A stretch of 63,281 nt of DNA, the filler included, from Dimorphilus gyrociliatus (Eukaryota > Animalia > Annelida): NCBI GenBank assembly GCA_904063045.1. It is 7 parts of 7 records of this genome, joined end to end, with 100 filler letters (N's around TTAATTAATTAA, not from the genome) between each part and the next. Parts side by side here need not be neighbours in the genome. Positions count along the whole stretch, not along the records: positions 42,052 to 48,503 come from CAJFCJ010000316.1; positions 48,604 to 55,282 come from CAJFCJ010000312.1; positions 55,383 to 61,259 come from CAJFCJ010000322.1; 4 more parts are not named here. One strand, given 5' to 3'. A model generated the notes under the pieces. It ran no database searches and was not told the DNA's origin. It saw only the letters and a program-made list of their open reading frames with translations. Position numbers and translations under genes: made by a program. Positions 47,972 through 58,495 of the stretch are shown one piece after another; position 1 is the stretch's first letter; every line of letters starts with the position of its first letter.

Positions 47972-48442
47972 TTATCGAAAATTATCTAAACTTTCTTCTA
48001 CACTGAATTTATCATTGATTGATGTAGTAAAATAATCTGTCGAATTATCACTTATTTTACTTACATCATCTAATAATGAGAATCTTTTTATATCAACTTT
48101 CGTTCGTTTAATAAGTGGAGATACTGGTGTACTACTCTGGTCCTCTACGTTATCTTCTAGCTCTTCCTCTAGCCCCTCTATAAACTCATCAACCTCTTTA
48201 TAGTTAAGGTTGTATGTAGCAAACTCCCTATGTAAGTCTTTTTCAACATGCACAAAGTAATCAGAAAACTTTTCATAGCATATTTCACAATATCCTTGTT
48301 TGGTTACCTTTCTTCTTGGTTTTTTAGACTTCTTAAAAACTAACCTTGGTTGCTCTACAAAGTCTTTAAAGAATGGTTTATGTTTGTTTGTCATGTCTGA
48401 TATCATAATATATGGATTTACAAAAGATTTGAATCTTTTCAT
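47972..48442 (-). CDS. DBF4: Dbf4-like Cdc7 regulatory subunit (motif M and DBF4 zinc finger); may be 5'-incomplete
   Basis: PYIMISDMTNKHKPF (motif M); GYCEICYEKFSDY..HV....H..FA...NY..VDEFI (motif C). Confidence 0.82.
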   Translation of the reverse strand: MKRFKSFVNPYIMISDMTNKHKPFFKDFVEQPRLVFKKSKKPRRKVTKQGYCEICYEKFSDYFVHVEKDLHREFATYNLNYKEVDEFIEGLEEELEDNVEDQSSTPVSPLIKRTKVDIKRFSLLDDVSKISDNSTDYFTTSINDKFSVEESLDNFR

Positions 48443-48503
48443 TGAAGGTAAACAAAAAATATTTTTTTTATGTATTTTTTAAAATTTGGAGGGAACTTTA
48501 AAA

Positions 48504-48603
48504 NNNNNNNNNNNNNNNNNNNNNNNNNNNNNNNNNNNNNNNNNNNNTTAATTAATTAANNNNNNNNNNNNNNNNNNNNNNNNNNNNNNNNNNNNNNNNN
48601 NNN
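48504..48603. other. Artificial contig spacer
   Basis: 44N-TTAATTAATTAA-44N. Confidence 0.99.
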
Positions 48604-49830
48604 CAATGCTAAATTATTTTCAATCTCTAATTTCATAAAAAAAAATTACTTCTGCTTTCAGAAGTTCACGGAGTTTTATTAGTGTAAAAAACAACACACT
48701 GTATTTACAAACACCAAGTGAATTTACATTAAAACTTTCCACTCTTTCAAACTGGATCTTTCTGATAATATCATCTATCAAAATCTCCCAAAGCAACTTT
48801 ATCAAAAAAAAGACATACAAATTCAAAAGAAGAATATTGCTTAGAAAGAGGATTTCTTATCAGGTAGACATTTGTATAATGATAAAAAAATGAATAGACA
48901 ACAAAACCAGTCTACAACGAATGAAGCAGTCAAATAAATTTAGCATGTGTGTATAAGGAGGAAGCATATTTACTTATTATATGTTTTTAGTAGTATTATA
49001 TGGGTACAGGAGAAAAATGGTCCCACTAGAGAAAAACGTCCCACTATTGGAGGAAAAACGGTCCACTGGAGAAAATGTCCAATAGATGAAATGCCTATAA
49101 GAGGAATTTTGATGTAGGGATGAAAATATTTAATATTCAGAGTTTATAAGGGAAATTTGAAAGGAAAAAACTAAATAAGAACAACTGGAAATATTTGAAT
49201 ATGAATATATTAAATAAGTACAACTAAAGACCAATAATAATAATAATGATAGACAATAGTGTAAACAAAATTGAAGAACAAAGAGATATTAGACTGGGCT
49301 ATAAATATTGGGAAGCTTTTTCAAGTTAAATCCAATGATGTGATTGAAGCAACCTCAAATTGTTGCCATAAGCTAAATATTTTGCTTTGAATATTCTGAT
49401 ATGCTTTTCTTTGCTGTCTACAGATTTTCTTCTCGCTCAAGCAGTTTTTTATATAGTTTTTATCAGATCTGCTTCTCTTTTCAGTTCATCCAAAAAGGGA
49501 ATAGAAGCCAGAGTTAGATTGATGATTTTTGTTCAACCTGTGATGCCAGCCCTCAAGGTCATTATTGGTTCTGATAGCCTCACCATATACAGACCACATC
49601 TCTGGTTTAAAATATCCATCTATCCATTGAGTTTCAATGTTCTCAAATAAAGGATGTATTTCAAAGGAACATATTTCTTTTATAGCCTGAAAAGTTGGTT
49701 GAACTAAATCAGAAGGCAGGAAAGGTAAGGTCATTAACTTCTTCATGACATCATATTCTGCTCCTCTTTCCTTGTACATCTTACAAAATCCCAATTCCTG
49801 GAAAAAAAACATATGTATTATATGAATTAT

Positions 49831-49934
49831 GGAGAAAACGTCCACTGGAGAAAACGTCCACTGGAGAAAACGTCCACTGATTGGAGAAAACGTCCACTGG
49901 AGAAAACGTCCACTGGTTGGAGAAAACGTCCACT
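49831..49934 (+). repeat. Subterminal array, 6 x GGAGAAAACGTCCACT
   Basis: Six perfect 16-mers with two 4-nt spacers (GATT, GGTT). Confidence 0.97.
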
Positions 49935-51528
49935 ATGTGAAGAATATATTAAAAAATACTTTTTCAAATTTAAATTTTTATTATTGATTTTGAGATATAT
50001 CCAATACATTCCCATAATGCAATCACTTTTGGTAGCCATTTTGAAATCCAGACAGGAAACAGTTCTGGGATCTTCTATGTTTTTCATGGAAAGTGAATAT
50101 TGTGCATATTTCATCTACAATTTTTCAGAATTTTTTGCAGTTTGAAATATATTTCACTATTGAAAACCATCAGAAAAAACACAAACTTTAGAATTGATAT
50201 CAGTAAGTTATAGAATATTGTGTTGAAATGATTTATTTATAAATTAGCTTTATTTTTATAGCAGCCATTTTGTTTATCATTATTGTTAATTGTTTAATTT
50301 TTAAATTTACACAGTTGGTTATTGATAGAGATTCCAAATTGAACATGGCACCAATTTGTTACATTTGTGAAGAGAGAATATATGGAAGACAAAATCAAGA
50401 GAAATGTCAGCTTTGCTGTCATTTATTTAAAATACATAAAAAATGTTTGGATTATAAAGGTTTGTTTAAGTTTTTTGTCACTATCCTTCCTTACAAATAT
50501 GTTTTTATATTTTTTCACAGATCAATGGCTTTTGCTTTTATGGGATCTAAGAGAAAGACAGCCTACAAGAAATTATTTAAGGTACAATAATTTTGCATTT
50601 TAAATTGAATAATCTAATTTGTTAAATTAACAGGCAATACAAGATTTAACAAATGGGCATAGCCCCAAAAAAGTTGTTGTAGACTTTGAAAAAGCTATTT
50701 GGAAAGCACTATCATTCACTTATCCTGAAGCAAACATTAAAGGGTGTGTTTTTCACTGGACACAGGCAATATACAGAAAGATTCAAGTAATACTTTAATT
50801 TAGTATTTGAGGTCTAGATAGAACTGACATATTTATTTCCAGGAATTAGGATTATGTAAGATGTACAAGGAGAAAAAAGCTGAATATAGAATCATGAAGA
50901 AATTAATGGCATTACCATTCCTGCCCTCTGATCTGATAGAACCAACATTTAAGACTATTAAAGAAATAAGTCCTATTGAAATGAAGTCTCTATTGGAGTA
51001 CATTGAGACACAATGGATAAATGGATTTTATAAACCAGAGGTATGGTCTGTTTATGGTGAGGCTATAAGGACAAATAATGATCTTGAAGGATGGCATCAC
51101 AGGCTTAACAAGAATCTTTGCTCTAACACTGCATTCTATTTGCTTTTAGATGAACTGAAAAGAGAAGCTGATCTGATAAAGCTATATAAAAAATTACTGA
51201 GTGAAAAGAAAATTTGTAGACAGCAAAGAAAAGCATATCAGAATATTCAGAGCAAAATATTCAGCTTATGGGAACAATTTGAAATTGCCTCAATTACCTC
51301 CCTGGACTTACTTGATAAAGCTTCTGACATTTATTCACCAGTTTTAAAATACCTTTATTCTTTAATGTTGTTACACTGTTGTCAATCATTCTTGTTATAA
51401 TGCTTGTTTTTACTTAATCAATATATTAATATTTAAATATTTGTAATTCTTATTATTCATTTTTTCCTGTCAAATTGCTCTAAAAACTCCATCTATCAAA
51501 TATCTTATATCTTACTTTGAAGTTTTAT

Positions 51529-51632
51529 AGTGGACGTTTTCTCCAGTGGACGTTTTCTCCAAGCAGTGGACGTTTTCTCCAAACAGTGGACGTTTTCTCC
51601 AGTGGACGTTTTCTCCAGTGGACGTTTTCTCC
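51529..51632 (-). repeat. Subterminal array, 6 x GGAGAAAACGTCCACT (inverted)
   Basis: Six perfect AGTGGACGTTTTCTCC with spacers AAGC and AAAC. Confidence 0.97.
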
Positions 51633-52884
51633 TGTACCCGTATTATATCTGCATCTGAAGTGGTTGATTCAATTACTTGAATCTTTCTATAAACTGCTTG
51701 AGTCCAGTGAAAAACACATCCTTTAATGATTGTCTGAGGATAAGTGGAGGATAAAGCTTTCCAAATAGCCTTTTCAAAGTCCACAACAATTTTTTTAGGG
51801 CTATGTCCATTTGTTAAATCTTGCATTGCCTGCTTTGAAAGTTATTAGATCATTAAAGTTGAAATGTAAAGTTTCTGTACCTTAAAAAGTTTCTTGTAAG
51901 CCACCTTTTTCTTGGATCCCATAAAAGCAAATGCCATTGGAACTTGTTTCATCTCACCATTCTTTTTGATGAATCCATGAATGGAAAAAAGTTGATAAAA
52001 TGGGTCTTTTACACATTTAAATGTGCCATCCATAAACCATATTTTACCCTTTGATAATAAGTCAATTTGCTTTAAAGTTGAAAATATCAGTATTCTATCA
52101 TTCTCCATTTGAACTGGATTTGTCTACAAATACTTAATCTATTTGTTTGAAAGTGAATTACACGATAATTGGTCATATAATCCCTATAAGTAATGTTGAA
52201 ATGATATTTATCATTTTGTACTGGAAAAATATCTAAAAATTTGAACAGAAACAAGCAAAATAAACTGGATTTTTGTCCTATTTCTCTTGAAACAAACATT
52301 TTGTTCTTTTCCAACAAGTAATACATAAGTAATTAATTATGAAATGAGTACTGTCATTTGAAATTCTTTTTAAAACATATTCACCATTTATGTATTCAAA
52401 AAATTTTCTTTCTAAAAGTATAATTTGAAATTTCCTAGGTGTCAAAAAAAAATTTAGAGCAAATCACTCACTTTTTAGCTTTGATTGACAAGATTGCATT
52501 TCAACATATAAATTGTCAAAATTTTTGGAATTGGCACAAAATTCAGTTAAATTATGTTTAGCACATTTATTAAATAACACTGGATAAAATTCCTTTGATT
52601 CATCATCATAAACCTCTGCTATAAAAGTAACAGAGTTATCTGATCCTATTTTGAATGCAAATCCATATGCAAATTGGATGAAAGAATGTAAATGCCAAAA
52701 TATTTTTACAATTTTTATATTAAAATTCATATTTAAAAAATGTTTTAAAAATTCAAAATATAAAAAAATATTTTTTTGAAAATTTATACTGAAAATCAAA
52801 AATTTAATTAGTAAATATGTACACATAGGTACAATACATTCGCCAGCTCTATTTTACAATAAATAAGTAGTATTAAACTAGTAT

Positions 52885-54260
52885 TGTTTCAATTTTGAAT
52901 GAAAAATCATAATGGAAGAGAGGTCATTGCTTTATGTGACTCAGGAGCACTTTTATCCTTTATTACAGAAAAAGAAATCAAGTTAATGGACCCAAAATTC
53001 ATAAAGATGAATACCACTGGCTTACCAATTATTACTTCAGCAGAGGGAAATGCTTTAAAGACAAAAGGAAAAACCAAACTAAACATCCAGTTTGCTGGAA
53101 GAATTTTTTATTTTGGAAAAACTTGATATAGCTATAATTCTTGGTTGTGATTTCCTAGAAAATACTGGAGCTCTTTTTAATTTTGCAACAAAACAAGTTT
53201 CTCTTCCATTCTTTATCAGAAAAGGGGAACCAGTTAAAAAGTTTCTGCAACAAAATCAAAACCACCAAACCAAGTTTAGAAAACAAGGCAACATACAAAA
53301 AGTAACTGTTGGAATGATTGGACAACACTATCAAGAGTATGACACTCCTTCAGAAGTTTCAGATAGTGTGGACTCAGATATGGAAATTACTGATCCAGAT
53401 ACTGGATATGATACAAGCAATACTTTTGGTTCAAGCATAGTCTATGAGGAATTCCATGGCTTTGACTCAAATAGCAACTATGGCACAGATGAAACTTCCA
53501 GTACTTCTGAAGATTATGGTTCAGAAGCAAGTGCTGAACCAGACAATAACTCAGACTCAGATTTGGACTTAGTGAATTGCACAAACTCATCTGAAGAAGC
53601 AACTGACAACACACCTGATTCTGACAATGACTCAGTTATTGTTATAGATTCATCTGATGAAGAGACTGGCAATGCAACTGCTTCAGATAACAACTCAGTT
53701 ATTATCATTAATTCATCTGAAGATGAAGCTGAAAACACAACTGAAGAATTGGCTACAGAAATGGAAATGAAAACACAATACATAGAATTAGAAGATGGAA
53801 TAACTATCAAAATTGAAAAAGAACAAAAGAAGACTCCAACAACTCCTGAAATAGAAGAATTACAGCTGGAAAGTATTGAGTTTGAACATTTGTCTGACCA
53901 AAATGTACACAATATTAATTCAAATACAGTAGAAATTGACAATTATTTACATGTGTCCAAAAATAATCTTGACAAAAGCAGAGAAGAATTATAAGACATG
54001 ATCAAGAATTATGAAGACATTATTGCTACAAATCAAAATGATATTGGTTCACCAGATGTCCCACCAATGGCAATTGAATTATTGGAAGATGTGAAACCTT
54101 TTAAACAAAGACCATACAGATTACCACCCAACAAACAACAGGAATGCAGGGATCAACTTAATGGATTACTAGAGAACGGTTTAATTAGAGCAAGTAAAAG
54201 CCAATGGGCTTCACCAATTGTTTTTGTGAAAAAGAAAGAAGGAACATTGAGAATGTGTGT
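52885..54260 (+). mobile_element. Gypsy pol fragment (protease - acidic linker - RT start) inside the outer MULE, no LTRs
   Basis: EVIALCDSGALLSFI (DSG at 52938-52946), IILGCDFL, ~240-aa acidic tract, then KQRPYRLPP..WASPIVFVKKKEGTLRMCV cut abruptly. Confidence 0.9.
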
Positions 54261-54800
54261 ATTATGGGAATGTATTGGATACACCACAAAATATAAATCT
54301 TAACTTCCATATAACAATTATATTTCTAAGAAATATGTAAATTCTATATCCAATAACAAATATTCACAAATTGAAATTTTAATAACCTTTTTTCCACATC
54401 TTATGTACATAGTCAACATTTTCTCCAGTGAATATTTTACACAGAGCATGTTTTCTCCAGTGGACATTTTCTCCAAACAGTGGACATTTTCTCCAGTGGA
54501 CATTTTCTCCACAATTCGTATTATATGTTCAATACTACTTAATAATGAATAGGATCTAAGACTTCAAAGAGTCCATAATAAACAATTAATTAAAGTCATT
54601 ATTATTTGGGTTTATAAGTTTATATATTAATCATATTGTAAAATTCAAGTTCAATTGTAAATTGCAAAATTTAGCTTGAAAATATGTTGCCACGCCTTGT
54701 ACAGGCACCACCCTACACAAAAGTAGGTCAAGCCTGCTTATCTCTATATTAGCTATCAGCACAGTGCAATACTAGTTTAATACTACTTATCTGCAGATGT

Positions 54801-54994
54801 TGTTGAAAACGCCAACAGTTTTGTGGTTTTACCCTAACCCTAACCCAGCCCTGGACTCACTTCTAAGGGTTCCATTGTTCCTAACCCTAAGTTTGGACCC
54901 ACCTAATTACAAACCAAATACTTTCATATTTTCCCTAACCTATTCCCACCCAAAATCTCACCCCAAAAAGACACCAAAATGGGTGTTTTCAACA
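54801..54994. mobile_element. Related CCCTAA-bearing MITE (different TIR subfamily)
   Basis: TGTTGAAAACGCC / GGTGTTTTCAACA inverted ends; TTTTACCCTAACCCTAACCC at 54827-54846, as in the 55767 copy. Confidence 0.7.
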
Positions 54995-55282
54995 GCCCCC
55001 TTATCTACTATAGAATAAAGCTGACGAATGTGTGTGTATAGAGATTTCATTGGACACAAAAAAAATTCATATTTTCCTAATCAATCATAAATCTCTTTAC
55101 AAAAGTTCAATTACCTATTATTCCTTTTGAGATAGGGTTGTTAAGGTTCAGTACATTTTCTCTAAAATATTCATAAGAATAAAATTGGCATGAGAGATAT
55201 CTTTATAATTGTCAATAATTTTGCTTTAAATTTTATTGAAATCAGCCAAGTAGTTTCTGAGATGTGATTTTTAAAGAAAAAA

Positions 55283-55382
55283 NNNNNNNNNNNNNNNNNN
55301 NNNNNNNNNNNNNNNNNNNNNNNNNNTTAATTAATTAANNNNNNNNNNNNNNNNNNNNNNNNNNNNNNNNNNNNNNNNNNNN
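55283..55382. other. Artificial contig spacer
   Basis: 44N-TTAATTAATTAA-44N. Confidence 0.99.
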
Positions 55383-55766
55383 TACGTCTCTTTAAATTTA
55401 GACACGTGAGTTTTGTTTTCTAGGTAATTAATAATGGTCAGACAGATATTTATGACTTACAAGAGCCTGTTTTGCTGCAATTGGAAGCCAATTTACCACT
55501 AAAATATCTCTATCCACAAACTAAATGTATTGTTTAAATTGAAGCCTTTGAAGCCCTAACTTGAACTGAAAACGGCCACAAAATTTTTAAATATACAATA
55601 CTAATAAATAGAATAAGTTAATTTAAGATTTTTTTATACTAGTTAGTAAATATTGGATGAAAAATATTAAATTTTCCACCAGTTTTTCCTAAAAGGTTGA
55701 ATATTTTGGACTATTTTTAAATTCCTGCCAGTAGGTTAAAGAAGCTGAAAGGAGATTTTTGGGATG

Positions 55767-55963
55767 CGACAGAAAACGTCCACAAATCAGTGCTTTTACC
55801 CTAACCCTAACCCAGTCCTTGGTAGTACCTAACCTTTTGCATTACCCCTAACCCTTAGAGAAGACCCTCCTAAGTACAAATCAGTTGCTCTCTTCTTCTT
55901 CCTAACCATTTCTCAATCCAAAATCTAGTCTTGAAATTTCTCATTTGTGGACGTTGTCTGTCG
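55767..55963. mobile_element. TTAGGG/CCCTAA-bearing MITE, copy 3
   Basis: TIRs CGACAGAAAACGTCCACAAAT (55767-55787) and ATTTGTGGACGTTGTCTGTCG (55943-55963), one mismatch; CCCTAA repeats ~55799-55813. Confidence 0.88.
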
Positions 55964-56359
55964 ACCCCAGATTTTTGCCTCAATGCTAACACATTGTTTT
56001 GGATGTAAGAAAAAAATTAATAAGCTGAAGCAAGGTGTTTTCTCACTTTGTCGTCATAAAATCCAATGGGCTTGTTTATCAGGTAAGCTCGAAATTGAAA
56101 TGATGAAATTTTAGAAGCAGTTTATAGAAAAATTCAGATATTATTCAACCTAAAACACAAACTAGCATCATTTTTATTTTTGATTGTTCATCAAACTTCA
56201 ACAAACAAATGGACAATGGTTTGAAATAAGACAGTTTTCTGTCTCAGTTGGGGCCGTTTTCTGTTGTATTTGTAACTGACCTACCATGGTGTACACTTTA
56301 GTTCATTATCAATGTTTTTAAAAAAAATTATAGACTTGACTCAATAAAATTTAACATGA

Positions 56360-57560
56360 ATGTTTAACAATACCATTGTGTGCGAGACATGCAAAAATAT
56401 TATTATGGCTATTTATGTATATACCCAAATGCATTCATTTGAATTTATGGGACAAATTCAATTAGAGGTTGCAAAAATAGACAGAGATAATAGGCAATAT
56501 GTACAGCATTTATATGAAAGAATAGGAGAAAGAGTTTGGCAAGTTGTTGCCAACACAGGATATAGAAATGAAGAAGAAAGAAACATAATAGGTTTATTGA
56601 ATACAAAATATCTTTAAATGTTAAAGCAGCAACAGAAAATATTTAACACTTACCTATGATTTTGATTAGTTATATTAGTAAATTTGAATTAAAAGTAAGT
56701 CAAGCCCCTGGCGCAATACTGGCTCAATACCTCTTATCTTTTGTATAACATAGCTGATGAATTCATGTCTATATTGGAACTTGCTTTTTTTTGATACAAA
56801 TATCTATTGATGCTACTCAGTTAGGGTTAGTGTTATAATATATTATACGTTTAGGTATGGATGTTATGTTATATTGAAATTTTCAGTATTTTCAAAATTG
56901 TTTAATTATATTTTAAATATAACTTCTTTTAGTCTAGTTTGCAGCTGGTTCATTCAATTCAGTCCTTGAATGTAGAAAGTTGGAAATTATAAGAAATAAA
57001 TGATAAACTTACTCATACATCAAATACTCTAAAACAAATTGATTGAAATGATTGTGATCTAACTGAAAATCAATCATGAGAAATTGGAATCATGCTAAAA
57101 AATTGTTCTATATTAGAAAACATTGGGTTTGAGAATATGGGAAGTGGATTATTAGAGATATGTGATTGTTGAAGATCGATTCTTCTATGATTACAAAACG
57201 ATATATTTTACTGTATGTAACGGTTGCTGTATTCTAATTAACTAATAAGCAGTACAGTAACTAATAACTAATAAGCAGTACCAATATAATTACGGGTGTA
57301 TACACGTGATTACGCAACTACGAGATTGCATCTCACGGTGCATAATGCGAGATTTAATATATAATGGTACATTTAACCCTCGAGATCTGGAAAGTTCTCC
57401 AACAGTGATGCTCTCATTTTTTCATCATATGCTTTAAAGGGCATTTATTTATCTGAGTGTGGTATCAATGAAAATCAATGCAAACATATTGCAAATGTGC
57501 TAAAACTTTGTAGAATATATTCACTTGTGGAATGAAAATATGGAAAGTGGAACACTTATA
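56360..57560 (+). pseudogene. Decayed RNI-like LRR gene, paralog of 3656-5281
   Basis: TSNTLKQID*NDCDLTENQS*EIGIMLKNCSILE (~57020-57120) and ALKGIYLSECGINENQCKHIANVLKLC (~57430-57510) mirror the repeats of 3656-5281 but contain stops; N-terminal assignment is weak. Confidence 0.6.
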
Positions 57561-58164
57561 GTTTGTAATGCACTCATTTGTTCATCAAAGACTTTAAGTC
57601 TTTAATTAAGTTTCGCTGGCCTGATCTATATGAAGATGAAAATATACAATTTTAAAATTAACGAAAAATTCTTCCAAAAATTGGGTTTGACTATGATGTC
57701 TAATCCCAATATAAAGATTGTTATCAATAAACAAGATAACTTGCTTAATTGCTGAATAAACCTTTTAATTAAAATGTCTAGTAGTACTTTAGAATACTGT
57801 TGTAATAACCTAATTGGGGTTGATTGGAATAGATCCAGTTTAAACAAACCCTATTAAAATTTTTAAGCATTTAGTATATTCCCAGATATGATAAATAAAA
57901 ATGTATACATAAATCATTGAAATTATGGAATAATCTGAAAGTAACCAGATTAAAATGATAATTTGAGTCAATTGATTCTCTGTATTACCATATATAAACA
58001 TCTTATTTAGAAAATACTAGCATTTCTTTGACAAAACTTTATTAGAATTAAAACTTTGGAAAATGTCTAGTTCATATTTATCTTTAGGAACAATATCTAA
58101 CAAACTTCAATACTTGAGAAAACTAATTAATCATAGTTCCGCCAAACCTTAGAGAAGCTCATCA

Positions 58165-58335
58165 ATTACAACTTGGCCTGACCTTATGTGGACACTTAAA
58201 GATGAACCTCAAGAATGACCAGGCAAGGTCTATGTTTTTGTATTTCTGGTATAGATTTTTTTGAATTAGTACATGAATGAGTGGTATAAATTTATAGTGT
58301 ATAGTATATGCATGAAGTATAATTAAAGTATTACA
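58165..58335 (-). repeat. Diverged fragment related to the Gypsy LTR 5' end
   Basis: Reverse complement TGTAATACTTT...AAACATAG...CTTGAGGTTCATCTTTA...AAGGTCAGGCCAAGTTGTAATT aligns to 34283-34455. Confidence 0.65.
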
Positions 58336-58495
58336 ATATCATTTATTTACGTATACTTATATTGTAACCTTTTTTATCACTTTACTGCTTGATCACATTC
58401 TTTTGTGCAGAACAAGGAAAAGGAAAAACAGTAAAATCAGAAGTAAAACGCGCAAAATAACATTTAACCTACAATAGGCTACTTTATTGAAATTT

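Larger units (their letters stand above)
49824..51639 (+). mobile_element. Inner MULE of the same family, inverted, inserted in an intron of the outer transposase; 9-bp TSD GTATTATAT
   Basis: Ends GAATTATGGAGAAAACG (49824) and CGTTTTCTCCTGTACCC (51639); TSD at 49815-49823 and 51640-51648. Plus-strand exons encode a Cys-rich finger (~50345-50460), AFAFMG, VVDFEKA/GCVFHWTQA and RTNNDLEGWH (50843-51400). Confidence 0.92.
49002..54517 (-). mobile_element. Outer Mutator-like (MULE) element, decayed, with 9-bp TSD GTATTATAT
   Basis: Ends GGGTACAGGAGAAAA (49002) and TTTTCTCCACAATTC (54517); TSD at 48993-49001 and 54518-54526. Minus-strand transposase exons ~52227-51881 (RILIF..WFMDGTF..FYQLFSIH), 51829-51677 (VVDFEKA..GCVFHWTQA) and 49797-~49300 (RTNNDLEGWH). 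Confidence 0.9.

Noticed and set aside
49831-49934. 16-bp direct repeat arrays (also 51529-51632, 49010-49080, 54420-54510) as CRISPR arrays
   Set aside because: Repeats are contiguous or separated by 4 nt, with no unique spacers and no cas genes; they are inverted at the two ends of TSD-flanked Mutator elements in a eukaryotic contig.
49813-50145. ORFs with WRKRPLEKTST / SGRFLQW repeats as repeat proteins
   Set aside because: They are simply translations of the 16-bp transposon terminal arrays.
53514-53942. Antisense and alternate-frame ORFs in the track (e.g. 53514-53942, 7615-8133, 30684-31250, 20616-20828, 20981-21190, 41334-41657)
   Set aside because: They are shadows of real genes, low-complexity tracts or LTRs on the other strand or frame, with no independent motifs.
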